Below are positions 10,791 through 18,769 of a stretch of 32,000 nucleotides of DNA, piece after piece (the stretch's first letter is position 1; every line of letters begins with the position of its first letter). The notes under the pieces were generated by a model that was given only the letters and a program-made list of their open reading frames with translations, made no database searches and had not been told where the DNA came from. Made by a program: the position numbers and the translations under genes. The stretch spans positions 4,740,001 to 4,772,000 of the forward strand of contig NZ_CP074694.1 of assembly GCF_018398935.1 (NCBI RefSeq), written 5' to 3'. This DNA comes from Telmatocola sphagniphila (GTDB lineage Bacteria; Planctomycetota; Planctomycetia; Gemmatales; Gemmataceae).

Positions 10791-10925
10791 TGGGAATCGC
10801 CTCCCCCCCTTTTTCAAAATTCTTTGACTACGCACTTGGGCAAACTCGAGAACCTCAAGTAAAGTATACGCATGTACACTACTTGATTGGTGTACGAGTG
10901 GAACAACGATGCGACCCTTCCTGCG

Positions 10926-10970
10926 CCGGGCGGGGGACGAAACGTCTAGGGAGCCCACGCCCCCGCCCGG
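10926..10970 (+). promoter_or_regulatory. Very stable GC-only hairpin upstream of the portal gene
   Basis: ccgggcggggg (10926-10936) pairs perfectly with cccccgcccgg (10960-10970) over 11 bp, with a 23-nt loop. It sits 66 nt upstream of the portal ATG and is followed by T-rich sequence. A second 6-bp hairpin, gtacac...gtgtac, lies at about 10874-10895. Confidence 0.5.
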
Positions 10971-11036
10971 TCCTGTCTCATTCGGTTTGTGAAGCGATTT
11001 TTAGCCCCTGGCGGAATTTCCTTTTCGAGGTGCGGT

Positions 11037-12251
11037 ATGGCTTTTTCCTGGTTACGCAAAGCGCTGGGGCCCAAGGCCTCCCGATTACGGATCGGCTCGC
11101 TTTGGAGCACGCCCACCCCAAACGCCGGCTGGTGGCGCGACGATCCGACCGAGCAGCTACGGCAGTATCAATCCTGGGTCTATGCCGCCGTGAATGCGAT
11201 TGCTCAGGAAATCGGTCGGCAACGCCCCTACTGCTACCGCAACTGGGGACAGGCCGAGCACGAGCAGACACCCCTGGTGGCAAATCATCCGCTGGTTCAA
11301 CTGCTGGAACATCCCAATCCGAAGATGACCCCCTGGGAACTCTGGTACCTGACGGTGCTTTATCTGGAGTTGACGGGCAACTGCTACTGGCATGTGGCCA
11401 GTCGCGGCGATGGACTACCCGGCGAACTTTGGATCATTCCCACTCACTGGATTCGCATTGTCACCCATACATCGGTTTATGCTTATGCGTATGAATTGCG
11501 CGTACCTGGCGCACCGGCCGAGTATTTCAGCCCGGAAGAGATTATTCATCTGAAATATCCCAATCCGTTGGATGTCTATTACGGCTTGTCGCCGTTGCAG
11601 GCGAACGCGCTCACGATAGATGCCAATGCCGAATTGCAGCGCAGCCGGTGGCAGACCTTTCAGGCCGGTCAACGGCCCGGAATGGTTTTGCAGACCGATC
11701 AAACCTTAAACGATGCCACGGTCGTACGACTGGAAGAGAAACTGCAATCCAAATTCTCCGGCCGGGAAAACTGGCAACGACCGCTGGTGCTTGAGCAAGG
11801 GTTGAAAGCCAGTCCCTGGACCTTCACCCCCGCCGAGATGGACTATTTGAACTCCTGTCGGCTGACGCGCGATGAAATTTTCGCACTCTTTCGAGTGCCG
11901 CCGCCGGTGGCCGGGATGATCGAGACGGTGGGCCTGGGCGCGGATATCTGGCACGGGGCGAGGACGATCTTCTGCGAAGGAACGATTCAACCGAAGCTCG
12001 ATTTGATTGCTCAGGCATTGACCCGAGATCTGGCCCGGCGCTTCGATGCCGATCTGGTGATCGCGTTTCCGGATTGTTCGCCGCGCAATCAGGATCAACG
12101 TCGGCTGGACGATGAACTCGATGCTCGGCTCGGTCTACGAACCGTGAATGAAATCCGCCGGGCGCGCGGCCTGAAACCCTTCAGCGATGGCAAATTCGAC
12201 CAGCCGCGGTGTTTGGGTCACGTCGCGGAACGGCCATCATTGGGAAATTGA
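11037..12251 (+). CDS. Phage portal protein, HK97 family
   Basis: About 404 aa from ATG 11037, which is preceded by GAGGTG. The ORF opens at 10989. Typical portal segments are WVYAAVNAIAQEI and LLEHPNPKMTPWELWYLTVLYLELTGNCYWHV. Confidence 0.9.
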   Translation: MAFSWLRKALGPKASRLRIGSLWSTPTPNAGWWRDDPTEQLRQYQSWVYAAVNAIAQEIGRQRPYCYRNWGQAEHEQTPLVANHPLVQLLEHPNPKMTPWELWYLTVLYLELTGNCYWHVASRGDGLPGELWIIPTHWIRIVTHTSVYAYAYELRVPGAPAEYFSPEEIIHLKYPNPLDVYYGLSPLQANALTIDANAELQRSRWQTFQAGQRPGMVLQTDQTLNDATVVRLEEKLQSKFSGRENWQRPLVLEQGLKASPWTFTPAEMDYLNSCRLTRDEIFALFRVPPPVAGMIETVGLGADIWHGARTIFCEGTIQPKLDLIAQALTRDLARRFDADLVIAFPDCSPRNQDQRRLDDELDARLGLRTVNEIRRARGLKPFSDGKFDQPRCLGHVAERPSLGN

Positions 12252-12279
12252 ATCGAAAGCATTCCAAAGGAACACATCC

Positions 12280-12816
12280 ATGAAATTGCATATGTCTGTG
12301 GACGCGACTCCATTATCCATTGATACCGAAAATCACACGGTGCGATCCGTGATTAGTACATCGCAAGTCGACCGGCGCGGCGATGTCATCCTGCCCGCCG
12401 GTTTGAGTAACGCGGCCGAGTATTTGAAGAACCCCGTCGTTCTCTGGGCGCATCAGCGGAACGTACCGCCGATTGGTACCTGCACCAAACTCGAAGTGCT
12501 ACCCGATCAAATCGTTGCGGAAACGCAGTTTTCTCAGGCCACACCGCTCGCACGCGATTTGTTTCGACTCTACGCCGAAGGGACGCTGCGTGGCTGGTCG
12601 ATCGGCTTCGTTCCGAAAAGTGCCCGACCGCGACGACGGCAGCGTGAGGAACCCGCCGGGCTGTTTTTCGATTCCTGGGAACTGCTCGAATATAGTGCGG
12701 TGCCGATCCCGGATAATCCTCAGGCCCTGACGCTGGCGATTCAGAAAGGTCAGATCGAGGATTCCCACTTGATCGATTACCTGCGCCGGGATGTTCTCGG
12801 CGGGCTGTTGAAATAA
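12280..12816 (+). CDS. HK97-family prohead maturation protease (S78/U35-like)
   Basis: About 178 aa from ATG 12280; the ORF opens at 12187 and would overlap the portal gene. Family-like segments are VISTSQVDRRGDVILPAGL, PVVLWAHQRNVPPIG and LRGWSIGFVP. Its position immediately after the portal gene fits. Confidence 0.85.
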   Translation: MKLHMSVDATPLSIDTENHTVRSVISTSQVDRRGDVILPAGLSNAAEYLKNPVVLWAHQRNVPPIGTCTKLEVLPDQIVAETQFSQATPLARDLFRLYAEGTLRGWSIGFVPKSARPRRRQREEPAGLFFDSWELLEYSAVPIPDNPQALTLAIQKGQIEDSHLIDYLRRDVLGGLLK

Positions 12817-12873
12817 CGGCTCTTACCTTCCCTTAACCGAATTTTTTGTGCCCTTTCTCCTGGAGATATTTTC

Positions 12874-14262
12874 ATGACGACGACTGAAACGACTTCCACT
12901 ACCATCCCCAACGACCGCTTTCAAACTCGCGATGAGCTTGTGCAGTTCATCGAACAGAAAACCAGCGATGCGATCGAAAAAAGCCGGGTCGACCGCCGGG
13001 TGCCCTGGGCGACCAGTGGCCCGGTCGGCCGGGATTCCGACGGCTACAGTGTTCTGAAGGCGGCCGCCTACGCCCTGGGTTATATCGGGGCGGATCAGGC
13101 TAAAGAAGAGATTCACACGCATCAACAGTTGCGCGATCTCTATTCCACTTATGGGTTCGTACCGCACTGCGGCGCGCAATCTTTCCTGATCCCCCTCTCG
13201 ACCAATCATCTGCCGGCTTTCGAAAGCCGCGGCGCGAAACTGCGCGATGAGATCCGCTGCAAAATGACGGCCCAGGCCGATAAGTTCGATCCGGATGAGG
13301 CCCGCTGGCTGAACCGTCGCCTGAACCTTCAGACTAAATCGCTGGGAACCATCACCGATACCGCCGGCGGAACGCTGGTCCGTTATCCCGTGCTCGGCGA
13401 GATCATCGATCTGCAGCGGAATCTGGAAGTCTTTTCGATGGCCGGGGCCCAGGAAATCGCCCTGCCTCCCAACGGCCGCATTCAATTTCCCAAACTCACC
13501 GGGGGCAGCACGGCTTACTGGGTCGGCGAAGCGACTGCGATCACCGAAAGCCAACCGACCACCGGTAACCTCGATCTGCAAGCCAAGAAACTCGGCGTAC
13601 TGGTGAAGGTAAACAACGAATTGTTGCGCTTTGCCAGTCCTTCCGCGGAAGGCCTGATCCGCTACGATATGGCCCGCAGTGTGGCGCTGAAGGCCGATCT
13701 GTCGATGCTGGAAGGCAACGGCAGCACGCAGATTAAAGGGCTGCTGACGTACGGTGGCATCACCCAGCACACCGCCAGCACACTAGGAACCAACGGCAAT
13801 ACCTTCGAGCCGCAGGATGTGGCCCTGATGGAAGGAAAGCTGCCCGATGCCGTCGGCGCCCCAACGGCCTGGCTGATGCGAAAAAATATGTTCGCGGCCC
13901 TGATGAACCGGCGGGCGGATGCCGTGAACGCCAACGATGGGAAAGGGCCTTTCCTGTTCCATCCCATGCGGAGTGCGGCCGATGCTCCGCCGAGCGAGAT
14001 CTACGGCACCCGAGTGGTTCGCTCCTCGCAGGTCAGTACTACCCGCACCAAGGGTTCCGGTTCCAATCTTACCTATGTCCTGTTGGGGTACTTCCCCGAT
14101 TGGGTCATCGCCCGCATGGGAGTGATGGAGTTCATGGCCAGCGGTTTGGGAGATTCTGCCCTGACCAACGATCAGACTTATCTGCGCGGCATCCAGCATA
14201 TCGATGCCGGCCCTCGAAACATCAGCAGCTTCGTACTCTGCGACCAACTGGTCGCGGCCTGA
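12874..14262 (+). CDS. Phage major capsid protein, HK97 family, with long N-terminal (delta/scaffold-like) extension
   Basis: 462 aa, with GGAG 8 nt upstream of the ATG. Characteristic stretch: STAYWVGEATAITESQPTTGNLDLQAKKLGVLVKVNNELLRFASPSAEGLIRYDMARSVALKADLSMLEGNGSTQIKGLL. No separate scaffold gene is present. Confidence 0.9.
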   Translation: MTTTETTSTTIPNDRFQTRDELVQFIEQKTSDAIEKSRVDRRVPWATSGPVGRDSDGYSVLKAAAYALGYIGADQAKEEIHTHQQLRDLYSTYGFVPHCGAQSFLIPLSTNHLPAFESRGAKLRDEIRCKMTAQADKFDPDEARWLNRRLNLQTKSLGTITDTAGGTLVRYPVLGEIIDLQRNLEVFSMAGAQEIALPPNGRIQFPKLTGGSTAYWVGEATAITESQPTTGNLDLQAKKLGVLVKVNNELLRFASPSAEGLIRYDMARSVALKADLSMLEGNGSTQIKGLLTYGGITQHTASTLGTNGNTFEPQDVALMEGKLPDAVGAPTAWLMRKNMFAALMNRRADAVNANDGKGPFLFHPMRSAADAPPSEIYGTRVVRSSQVSTTRTKGSGSNLTYVLLGYFPDWVIARMGVMEFMASGLGDSALTNDQTYLRGIQHIDAGPRNISSFVLCDQLVAA

Positions 14263-14342
14263 TCGCCCGCGCGGGTGGGACGAAGGATCTTTCCCGCCCG
14301 CGTTTTTCTCATTTTTTACTGATGTCTCCTTCGGAGTTTTCC

Positions 14343-14717
14343 ATGTCCACCTTACTTCACGATGTCGCCAGCGCCGTCGCCCTGCAATCGGTCGTTCAGG
14401 CCAATTCTCTATCGGAAGACGGATCGACCATCGTTGATATGATCGATTCCGATGGAGCCTGTTTCGCGATTCAATCCATCGGCCAGCTCAGCAGCAGTGC
14501 GTTTCTGGGTAAGTTTCAGGAGTCGTCCGACAGGATCAATTGGACCGACATCCCCGGCGGTTCATTCGAACCGGTCAAAGGGTTAAACAGTCTGCAAATC
14601 ATCTCGTTCGTGCGCTCGCAGCGTTATCTGCGCTACCAGTATATCTTCGAAGATGGCGATCTTGCCAGTTGCTTCGGCAGCGTCGTGCTAGCCACTCAGA
14701 AAAAATTAGTTCCCTGA
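14343..14717 (+). CDS. Hypothetical protein between capsid and connector genes
   Basis: About 124 aa from ATG 14343 (GGAG 7 nt upstream); an alternative ATG is at 14322. I recognised no family. It is co-oriented within the head module. Confidence 0.5.
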   Translation: MSTLLHDVASAVALQSVVQANSLSEDGSTIVDMIDSDGACFAIQSIGQLSSSAFLGKFQESSDRINWTDIPGGSFEPVKGLNSLQIISFVRSQRYLRYQYIFEDGDLASCFGSVVLATQKKLVP

Positions 14718-14748
14718 ATTCGCCCGATTTCACAGCGGAGATTGGATC

Positions 14749-15363
14749 ATGGCACTCGATACACTGGCGAACATCAAAGCGCGGCTGGGGATCTCCGGTA
14801 GCGAGGATGATAGTTTGCTCGGCAAAATTCAATCTTCCGCGGAAGCATTGATCGCCGAGCATACCGGTCGAAAATTCGAAGGGGGAACCTTCACCGAAGA
14901 TTTCTCGGCCGCGCTGCGTTCTGTGCAGCTGAAAAATTATCCGGTGGCAAACCTGAATGTCTACGTCGATAATCTCGGCGAGTTCGGCCTGCAAACTGAA
15001 ATCCCCGCGATCGCCTATAAGGTGGATGCCGTCCGGGGTATCGTCAGGTCGTTGTGCGGACCTTTCTACCAGACCCGCTTTTACACGGCCTTTCAGGAAC
15101 TTCGACCGGTCTGGGAAAGCTTTCCAGGCATGGTCCGGGTCATCTACACCGTCAGTGCACCGGTACCGCAGCAGATCCAGGAAGCTTTAGCTCTCCTGGT
15201 CGGTTTCTCTTATCGGAAAGTGAAGACGAATCAGGCGTCCAATCAGCGAAATATTCTGCAGGAACGGGTAGGCGATTCATTCGTGATGTTCGAGAGCAAT
15301 AAAGACGATTCGTATCGGCAAGCGCTCGATCTTTTGGAACCGTTTCGGCAGCCCAGTCTTTGA
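14749..15363 (+). CDS. Head-tail connector protein, gp6-like (long form)
   Basis: 204 aa, with GGAG upstream. The N-terminus MALDTLANIKARLGISGSEDDSLLGKIQSSAEALIAEHTGRKF and the C-terminal ...ALDLLEPFRQ match the usual pattern of gp6-like (SPP1 gp15 / HK97 gp6 type) connector proteins. Confidence 0.65.
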   Translation: MALDTLANIKARLGISGSEDDSLLGKIQSSAEALIAEHTGRKFEGGTFTEDFSAALRSVQLKNYPVANLNVYVDNLGEFGLQTEIPAIAYKVDAVRGIVRSLCGPFYQTRFYTAFQELRPVWESFPGMVRVIYTVSAPVPQQIQEALALLVGFSYRKVKTNQASNQRNILQERVGDSFVMFESNKDDSYRQALDLLEPFRQPSL

Positions 15364-15382
15364 AAAGTCCCCGAGAGTCAAC

Positions 15383-15727
15383 ATGAGTACCGCACCGATT
15401 CCCATTCCGTATCCCGAGACCACGGCCATCTATCGCCCCTTCGGTTCGCCTACACCGATCGCTACAGAGATCTCCGGCCACTTGATCGCCGATAGTTCCG
15501 GTCTGAATTCGACACGGACACTGAAATGGACTCACATTCTGGAAACGGCTTCTTCCACGGATCTACGCGATGGTTGCTCGCGGACGGCGGGAACCAATGC
15601 GATCGTGTACGCCGATGGCGATGAAGTTCGCATGGGCGGCAATAGATTTGTCGTCGTCTGGGTGGAAATCGTAAACCCCGGAAGTTCCTTCGAGCGGAAA
15701 CGGGCCTATCTGATGCGCCATTCCTGA
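15383..15727 (+). CDS. Putative head-closure / head-tail adaptor protein
   Basis: 114 aa. The call rests on position after the gp6-like gene and on C-terminal beta-rich sequence (DGDEVRMGGNRFVVVWVEIVNPG...RAYLMR) that resembles head-closure proteins. It is tentative. Confidence 0.4.
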   Translation: MSTAPIPIPYPETTAIYRPFGSPTPIATEISGHLIADSSGLNSTRTLKWTHILETASSTDLRDGCSRTAGTNAIVYADGDEVRMGGNRFVVVWVEIVNPGSSFERKRAYLMRHS

Positions 15728-15776
15728 AAGATTGACTAACGCTTCTTCTTCAACATTTCCCGGCCTTTGCACCATC

Positions 15777-16292
15777 ATGCGCCAGCGAAAAAACTCGCGA
15801 ACGAGCGTTCAGCGACTTCTGACTCGGCTGGCCGGCTATCGAGCCCGCGGGCTGAGTTGGAAGACTTGCACCAGCAAGTTGGGAGAGACCAGAAAACATC
15901 TGGATGAACTGATCTATGCTCACCCGGGATTATGGAGTCGTGCCCTGACGCTGGCATTGAAAGATTCAGCCGCCGAGTTCCGCCTCGAATGCATTTCCTG
16001 GATGCGCCGACAGCTGCGGGAGCAGGATGCCAAAACCGCGATTGCCAGTGCAAAGGTACTCATCTCTCTACTCAATCCGCTATGGAAAGAGGGCCAATCT
16101 CCGGAGAGGGAGGGGCTGGACCCGCTACAAATTTTCGCCCGCGGTTTACTGAGGTGCCCCGATGAACAGCTCGAAGCGCTCGCGGCAGAACTCACTGCGA
16201 AAATGGCATCTGATTCAACAGGAAAAGAATCGACGTCAGGCTCGTCAGGATCCCAATGCATTTCTGGAACTGGTTCTCAGTCAGCCGGATAA
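15777..16292 (+). CDS. Small HTH-like protein; small terminase subunit candidate by position only
   Basis: About 171 aa from ATG 15777; the ORF opens with TTG at 15732. It has a basic N-terminus and an HTH-like segment (RARGLSWKTCTSKLGETRKHLDELI). Its 3' end overlaps the TerL ORF by 131 nt in another frame. Confidence 0.35.
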   Translation: MRQRKNSRTSVQRLLTRLAGYRARGLSWKTCTSKLGETRKHLDELIYAHPGLWSRALTLALKDSAAEFRLECISWMRRQLREQDAKTAIASAKVLISLLNPLWKEGQSPEREGLDPLQIFARGLLRCPDEQLEALAAELTAKMASDSTGKESTSGSSGSQCISGTGSQSAG

Positions 16293-17547
16293 ACCATTCC
16301 GGCAGGCGATGATTCACAAAGAATTGCAGGATTTCCTGACTCGGAATCCGCGGGCGCTCATCGAATTGCCGCGCGATCACGGCAAGAGTACGCAGGTCTG
16401 CGCCCGCGTTCTCTGGGAGTTGGGAAGGCAGCCGAATCTGCGCATCGTCCTGGTGTGCGGCAACGAAAAGATTGCCCTGGAACGAAGCGGGTTTATCCGC
16501 CAGCAACTGCAAACTAATCCCTGGCTGTTTCCTCTGTTTCCTCACTTGCGGCCTGGCCGGCCCTGGGGTACGAAATGCTTTCACATAGCGGGGCAGCGCG
16601 CTCGCATTGGCCCGAGTGTTACGGCTCTCGGTATCGGGGCCGGGTCCACCGGTGTGCGCGCCGATCTGCTCATCTGCGATGACATCGTCGATGTGAAATC
16701 GCTTTACAGTGCTCGCGAACGGCGGCGCGTCGAAAGTTACTTTCGCGAAAACCTGATGAACTTGCTCGAACCGCAGGGCCGGCTCTGGAATCTGTTCACG
16801 CCCTGGCATCAGGACGATTTGAACGCTCGCTTGAAAGCCAGTTCCGCGTACGCGCATTTTCGACGGGCGATCGATGAAGATTTGACACCGCTGTGGCCGG
16901 AGCACTGGCCCAGAGAACGGCTGCTCCAACGCCGACGCGAGATCGGGACGATTCCGTTTGCCCGAGCCTATCATCTGAAACCGCTGGTGGAAGCGGACAC
17001 CTTGATACTGCTGAAATGGATCCGTTTTCGCGAGCGGGACAAGAGTTATTCCAAAATCGTTCTCGCCATCGACCCGGCCATCAGCACGACGGCCCAGGCC
17101 GATTGCAGCGCATTAGTCGTGCTCGGTTTGCGCGACAATCGGGAAATGGATTGTCTGGAAGCGCTCGGCCGAAGAATTCGCCCACCCGAACTGATCGAAC
17201 TGATTCGCCAGTTCGATGCACTTTGGAAGCCGGATGCGATTCTTTTTGAGCAGAATGGGGCGTTCCGCGCCGTGTTTGAGATGCTGCAAAGCCAGGCAGG
17301 TTTCGCGGGTCGATTAATCGGCATCACGCAGTCCGTCAGCAAGCTGGCACGAGTGCAGGCGTTCAGTGTTTTGGTGGAAACCGGCCGATTCTATCTGAGA
17401 GGTCAGAACAACGAGGTATCGCCGGAGCAAAAACCGTTGTTCGATGAAATGATTTCCTTCCCGCTCGGCGATCACGATGACCTTCTGGATGCCGCCGCGA
17501 TGGCCGCGCAATGGCTGAGTACGAAAACCGAGTTGCGCGTCTGGTAA
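16162..17547 (+). CDS. Phage terminase large subunit
   Basis: 461 aa; ATG 16162 is preceded by GAGGTG. Walker A is PRDHGKST and Walker B is DLLICDDIVD. Nuclease-domain acidic motifs are IVLAIDPA and GDHDDLLDAAAMA. Confidence 0.9.
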   Translation: MNSSKRSRQNSLRKWHLIQQEKNRRQARQDPNAFLELVLSQPDKPFRQAMIHKELQDFLTRNPRALIELPRDHGKSTQVCARVLWELGRQPNLRIVLVCGNEKIALERSGFIRQQLQTNPWLFPLFPHLRPGRPWGTKCFHIAGQRARIGPSVTALGIGAGSTGVRADLLICDDIVDVKSLYSARERRRVESYFRENLMNLLEPQGRLWNLFTPWHQDDLNARLKASSAYAHFRRAIDEDLTPLWPEHWPRERLLQRRREIGTIPFARAYHLKPLVEADTLILLKWIRFRERDKSYSKIVLAIDPAISTTAQADCSALVVLGLRDNREMDCLEALGRRIRPPELIELIRQFDALWKPDAILFEQNGAFRAVFEMLQSQAGFAGRLIGITQSVSKLARVQAFSVLVETGRFYLRGQNNEVSPEQKPLFDEMISFPLGDHDDLLDAAAMAAQWLSTKTELRVW

Positions 17548-17581
17548 TACTTTTCTATTTTCACTTTTCGGGATCGCCCGC

Positions 17582-18769
17582 ATGATCTCCATTCGATTTC
17601 CTTTCTTACCGCAGCGCCGTTCACTCTGGTCTAATCAGGTCTGCGATCTGTTCGGCCTCTCGGACGAAGAACCCCCAATAACGGTTGCGGAAAATTTTTC
17701 GCTCGATTTGCAGCCGGGACAAATTGCCTTGTTTCATGGCCCTTCCGGCAGCGGGAAATCTTCGTTGTTGCGAACCTTGGGACAATCCTGGAACGCACGA
17801 GACGCCCAGCAGATTTTGCTGCCGGACATTCCTCTGATCGATGCGCTGGAAGGTTCACTGGAAAAACGTCTGGGTGAACTATCCGCATGCGGCCTCGGCG
17901 AAGCCCGCTTGATGCTGCGCACGCCGAGCGAGTTGTCGGAGGGTCAACGCTTTCGATTCCGCCTAGCGTACGCGATGTCTCTATCGCAAACCGTGATGGT
18001 GGATGAATTCTCGGCGGTTCTCGATCGCACTCTGGCGAAAGTTGTGGCTTATAATCTGCGCAAGCAAGTCCAACGCTGGAAGGGCCGGCTACTACTGGCC
18101 ACTAGCCACGAGGACGTTCTCGAAGATTTGCAGCCGGATGTACGAGTGGAATGTCGAGGCGACGGCGATATTCGGATTTTTCGCTCGGAAAACCGAGTTT
18201 CCAAGCCGATATCCTTTGCCGATGAATTGAAAATTCGAGAAGGAACGCTGGCGGATTGGAAATATTTCGCGCGCTGGCATTATCGAAGCCGTACAGTTGC
18301 GTTCGTCCGCCGGGTGGTCGTGCTGGAGCATCTCCATCAGCCGATCGGCATTTGCATCTTCTGCTGCCCGGCGGCCTCCCTGACTCTGCGCACCCGCTAT
18401 TTCGGACTGCAACGTCCGCAATCTCCCCGGATGATGCAACGCATGAACAAGTCTTTATGGGTATTATCGCGAGTAGTTTTGCACCCGACTTATCGAGGGG
18501 CGGGCATCGCGGCCCGGTTTATTGCCGAAGCTTGCGATAGTTGCCCGGTGGAGTGGATCGAAACTCTTTCGGCTATGGGTCGAGTGAATCCGGTTTTCGA
18601 AAAGGCGGGATTTCAAAAAATCGGCTTGATTCGACGGAATGGCAAGCGACCGAGCCGGGCGTACAAAAATCGCAAGAGCAACAAAAATCCGAATGAGGAT
18701 CGACAAAACCAATTCAGCGAACCGGTTTACTTCATTCGGAAAACTTTTCGCGGCCCGACGTGGGGTTAA
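17582..18769 (+). CDS. ABC-type ATPase domain fused to C-terminal GNAT-like acetyltransferase domain (COG2401-like architecture)
   Basis: 395 aa. Walker A GPSGSGKSS, ABC signature LSEGQRFR, Walker B VMVDEFSAVLD and H-loop LLLATSHE are present. The C-terminal half has a GNAT motif-A-like RVVLHPTYRGAGIAARFI and a terminal FEKAGFQKIG. The gene starts 34 nt after TerL. Confidence 0.75.
   Translation: MISIRFPFLPQRRSLWSNQVCDLFGLSDEEPPITVAENFSLDLQPGQIALFHGPSGSGKSSLLRTLGQSWNARDAQQILLPDIPLIDALEGSLEKRLGELSACGLGEARLMLRTPSELSEGQRFRFRLAYAMSLSQTVMVDEFSAVLDRTLAKVVAYNLRKQVQRWKGRLLLATSHEDVLEDLQPDVRVECRGDGDIRIFRSENRVSKPISFADELKIREGTLADWKYFARWHYRSRTVAFVRRVVVLEHLHQPIGICIFCCPAASLTLRTRYFGLQRPQSPRMMQRMNKSLWVLSRVVLHPTYRGAGIAARFIAEACDSCPVEWIETLSAMGRVNPVFEKAGFQKIGLIRRNGKRPSRAYKNRKSNKNPNEDRQNQFSEPVYFIRKTFRGPTWG

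Larger units (their letters stand above)
10791..18769 (+). mobile_element. Phage-derived HK97-type head and DNA-packaging module (no tail, lysis, replication or integrase genes seen)
   Basis: Nine co-directional, tightly spaced ORFs, six with recognisable head or packaging motifs (see individual CDS entries). It is bounded on the left by the repeat array. On the right, its last stop codon overlaps the stop of a convergent gene. Confidence 0.7.

Noticed and set aside
10824-10870. Sigma70-like promoter for the head module (TTGACT at 10824-10829)
   Set aside because: No acceptable -10 hexamer lies at 16-18 nt spacing. The nearby TATACG/TAAAGT elements lack a matching -35. Promoter consensus in this lineage is uncertain, so I made no call.
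10685-11494. 269-aa ORF spanning the repeat edge and the 5' part of the portal gene
   Set aside because: It is out of frame with the well-supported portal CDS and begins inside the repeat array. Its translation is Arg/Ser/Cys-rich and looks like nonsense.
12823-13770. 315-aa antisense ORF opposite the major capsid gene; also 16192..16974 (-) opposite TerL and 11706..12098 (-) opposite portal
   Set aside because: The forward-strand genes carry clear family motifs. The antisense translations are Arg/Gly-rich with no recognisable domains.
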